A stretch of DNA of 64,000 nucleotides from an uncultured delta proteobacterium. Its GTDB lineage: Bacteria; Myxococcota_A; Polyangia; Polyangiales; Polyangiaceae. The notes beneath the pieces are model-generated. The model did no database searches. It was not told the DNA's origin and worked only from the letters and a program-made list of their open reading frames with translations. Every line of letters begins with the position of its first letter. Within the stretch, counting starts at the first letter, position 1. The translations under genes and the position numbers were made by a program. Below, one piece after another: positions 61,435 through 64,000 of this stretch. The stretch is taken from assembly GCA_963806225.1 (NCBI GenBank), contig CAWDXG010000001.1:576001-640000 (forward strand), in the 5' to 3' direction.

Positions 61435-61961
61435 TTGCACCCGCCCGCGGGAAAGTTCATCGGTACGCCCTGGGGCGCGTAGTAGACGTGACCGGCGGAC
61501 GCACGACTCGGTGGATCGTGGTGGCAGTCGGCGCAGGAGCCGTCGCGGAAGATCGGAGAGTTCATCTGCACGGGTTGGCCCGCGTACTGGACCTGTACCC
61601 ACGCGGGCCACACGGGGTCGAACGACCGCTTCTGGATGAAGAAGTTGCCCATGCAGTTCGTGGCGGTGGCGGTCTTGTGGCCGGCCGAATCGAAGACCTG
61701 CACGATGGCACCTTCCAGCGGCTTTCGCGACTTGGAGTCCTGGTAGAGCGTCCCGGCGAACGACATCACCATGCTCGCCGGCCCCGCGTCGCCATGGCAC
61801 ACCAGGCACGGCTGACCCGCCCGGTGCAGCGGTCCGGTCGGGATACCCGGGTCCTCCGGACCCTGCGCGGCTACCTTGTCGGAGTGTACCGGGTCAGGGT
61901 GACACGCGCCGAGCAGCGCGGCTGCGGCCAGCAGTGCAGACAACATGACAGGACGCATCAT
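61431..61961 (-). CDS. Di-heme c-type cytochrome lipoprotein
   Basis: Lipobox LGAC; CLVCH and CADCH. Confidence 0.75.
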   Translation of the reverse strand: MMRPVMLSALLAAAALLGACHPDPVHSDKVAAQGPEDPGIPTGPLHRAGQPCLVCHGDAGPASMVMSFAGTLYQDSKSRKPLEGAIVQVFDSAGHKTATATNCMGNFFIQKRSFDPVWPAWVQVQYAGQPVQMNSPIFRDGSCADCHHDPPSRASAGHVYYAPQGVPMNFPAGGCK

Positions 61962-63157
61962 TGGAACGTCGCCTCCAGCTCGAGCGCGCTGAAGCCCGAA
62001 AGGCGGTTCTTGATGAACAGCGCGTCGCGGTAGTTCGTCTCCGCGCCCTCCGCGAGGAACACCAGACCCAGGTCCCGCGGGCGGAGCGACGGCCCGATGT
62101 TCCAGCGGAAGCCCCCGCCGAAGGTCGTCGTGAGCAGCGGCCCGAGCTCGCGATCGCCCGTGCGCAACGCGGGGACGTCGACGAGCCCTCCCGGTCCGAG
62201 CCGCCCGACGTAGGCGCGTTGCCAGAACGACACGGCGCTCTGGACGTCCAGGCGTAGGTGCGGCCACAGGAAGAAGCGCTTGCCGATATCCACGACGAAG
62301 CGCATGTCGGTCGTCGACGCTTTCTGCCCCCAGTCGTCGACGTAGCCGCGCTCGCTGATGATGAAGGTGGACGCGCTGAGCCGCTGCGCCAGTCGGGCGG
62401 TCAGTGCGAAGCGGTTGCGGGACAGCGGCAGGTTCTCGATGACCTTTCCGGGCAGCCTGAGCTGGTTGACGAGATCACCCGTTGCACCCAGCGGCACGCT
62501 GGGCGCCACGTCCCGCGCGAACAGCGGCACGTAGCGGTACGGCTTGCTCTGGTTGCCGCGCTCGAGGATCACGTCCGACACGAAGGTGACCAGCGTGGAT
62601 GGGTCCAGCACCAGCTCCAGAGCGCCGTTGATGGTGTGCGTCGAGTAGACGTGCGAGTAGACGCTGAAGGGCGTCGTCTTTCGGCCCGCCGTGTTGTGCG
62701 TGTAGCTGTACCCGAGCAGCGGGACGACGTTCTTGTCGTCGAGATCGAGCGAGATGTTCCCGCCCGCCGACAGCGACAGGTAGTCGGGCTCCCGCGATAT
62801 CGCTGCCGACACGCCGCCGCCGAACAGATGCGGCTTGAATTTGGCCGACAGGGTTGCGGCGTGCCGCACTTCGGTCCAGTGCGGGCTCGCGGTGGAGACG
62901 ATGTCGACGCTGGCGGCCGAGACGATGTCGACCAGATAGCTGCCGGAGACGGACCACCCGGACAGCGGATCTTCGATGCTGCCTTCGACGCCGGGCGTGA
63001 CGACAGACACGGCGTCCGAGTCGGCGTAGGTCGAGGTTTCCGCCTTGGCGTGGACGATGGTCGTGCCGTGATGGCTGTCGTCCGCGCGCGCGCTTCCGCC
63101 GAGGATCATGACGAGCGCTAGTCCACCGAGGAGCAACCCGAGCTTGTTTGCGCGCAA
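61958..63157 (-). CDS. DUF3570 outer-membrane protein
   Basis: VDIVSAAS, SREPDYLS, KPYRYV, ENLPLSR, YVDDWG, DRELGP. Confidence 0.8.
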   Translation of the reverse strand: MRANKLGLLLGGLALVMILGGSARADDSHHGTTIVHAKAETSTYADSDAVSVVTPGVEGSIEDPLSGWSVSGSYLVDIVSAASVDIVSTASPHWTEVRHAATLSAKFKPHLFGGGVSAAISREPDYLSLSAGGNISLDLDDKNVVPLLGYSYTHNTAGRKTTPFSVYSHVYSTHTINGALELVLDPSTLVTFVSDVILERGNQSKPYRYVPLFARDVAPSVPLGATGDLVNQLRLPGKVIENLPLSRNRFALTARLAQRLSASTFIISERGYVDDWGQKASTTDMRFVVDIGKRFFLWPHLRLDVQSAVSFWQRAYVGRLGPGGLVDVPALRTGDRELGPLLTTTFGGGFRWNIGPSLRPRDLGLVFLAEGAETNYRDALFIKNRLSGFSALELEATFQ

Positions 63158-63169
63158 GTGAAGCTCCGC

Positions 63170-63427
63170 CTAGTTGCAGCCGCAACCGCTGGTCGCGCCG
63201 ACGTGTCCCCCCGTGGCTCCTTCGTGCACCGCTTCAACGTGTTCCTGTCCCACGCTCGCGGCGTAGGCTGGATCCATGCTGGGATGCGCGAGCCGGCCAC
63301 GCTGGTAGGCGTGGACATCCGCGCAACCTGCAAGCAGCGCCGTGCAGAGCACGGCGAGAAGACAAGCGACGACCACCCCGCGGGTACCGCGCGTCGCTCG
63401 GTGCAACGAATCGAAAGAGGTCTTCAT
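63170..63427 (-). CDS. DUF4266 lipoprotein
   Basis: GCADVHAYQRGRLAHPSM...EGATGG..GCGCN. Confidence 0.85.
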   Translation of the reverse strand: MKTSFDSLHRATRGTRGVVVACLLAVLCTALLAGCADVHAYQRGRLAHPSMDPAYAASVGQEHVEAVHEGATGGHVGATSGCGCN

Positions 63428-63524
63428 GGGGGGGCTTTGCGTTGACGGGCGGTCGACTGCGTGGAAGTCTATTGGCGTCGGTGCAGCCGTCAACACGACT
63501 GTCTCGACCTGAAGGAGAATCGCC

Positions 63525-64000
63525 ATGGGACGGCACTTCCATGCTTGTGGAATTTTCCTGGCTGCCGGTATCGTCGCAGCCTGTGGATCAGTTTCGGGTA
63601 ACGACCCGTCGTTCTGGCAACCCAGTCACAACCTGGGCGGCCCCGGCGCGGGCGGTACCGGTGCCACTACTGGGTTCGGCGGATCGACTAGCGGTGGGAC
63701 CGGCGCGGGCACGGGCACGGGCGGCTCCAGCAGCGGTGGCTCTTCCAGCAGCGGTGGTTCCTCCAGTGGTGGTTCCTCCAGCGGTGGCTCCTCCAGCAGC
63801 GGTGGTTCCTCCAGCGGTGGCTCCTCCAGTGGTGGCTCCTCCAGCAGCGGCGGCAGCGGAGGGGGCGGCCCGACGATGTGCCAGTTCAGTTTCGATGTGA
63901 CGACCCACTCCTACAACGGCAGGTTCTCACCGCGGAACGTCGAGGCGACCTGGATCGAGGGCCCGCAGAACCAGTTCATCAAGACGTTGGAGGTGCACGC
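63525..64000 (+). CDS. DUF2271-like lipoprotein with (SSSGG)n linker; runs off the window end
   Basis: AAGGAG then ATG; lipobox VAAC; GRFSPRNVEATWIE..QFIKTL; absent from the ORF track because no stop lies in the window. Confidence 0.7.
   Translation, partial: MGRHFHACGIFLAAGIVAACGSVSGNDPSFWQPSHNLGGPGAGGTGATTGFGGSTSGGTGAGTGTGGSSSGGSSSSGGSSSGGSSSGGSSSSGGSSSGGSSSGGSSSSGGSGGGGPTMCQFSFDVTTHSYNGRFSPRNVEATWIEGPQNQFIKTLEVH

Overview
High-GC bacterial DNA whose gene content (many Gly-rich-linker lipoproteins, FHA-GGDEF, membrane Ser/Thr kinase, DUF3570/DUF4266) suggests Myxococcota, probably Polyangiales-like; this is inference only. The first ~29 kb is a mosaic. A dispersed aminobenzoyl-CoA (abm)-type degradation gene set is interleaved with accessory genes: a beta-propeller lipoprotein, a GH26-like lipoprotein, arsRDA, a DUF3494 ice-binding lipoprotein, and an internally deleted group II intron inserted exactly into one arm of an intergenic inverted repeat. 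It also holds a 6.5-kb, integrase-free, four-gene surface-protein cassette bracketed by an apparently identical 466-bp duplication of the 3' end of a CoA-ligase gene. The rest is mostly housekeeping, lipid and regulatory genes. Notable ones are a PAI-like fatty-acid isomerase homolog, an enterobacterial-type Gsk, a membrane-anchored ECF sigma factor and a DUF4266-DUF3570-cytochrome c operon. About 15 apparent frameshifts fall between ~1.8 and ~23.1 kb and none were noticed afterwards; most are probably sequencing or assembly indels. No rRNA, tRNA or CRISPR array was seen. All product calls come from motif recognition by eye, not database searches.
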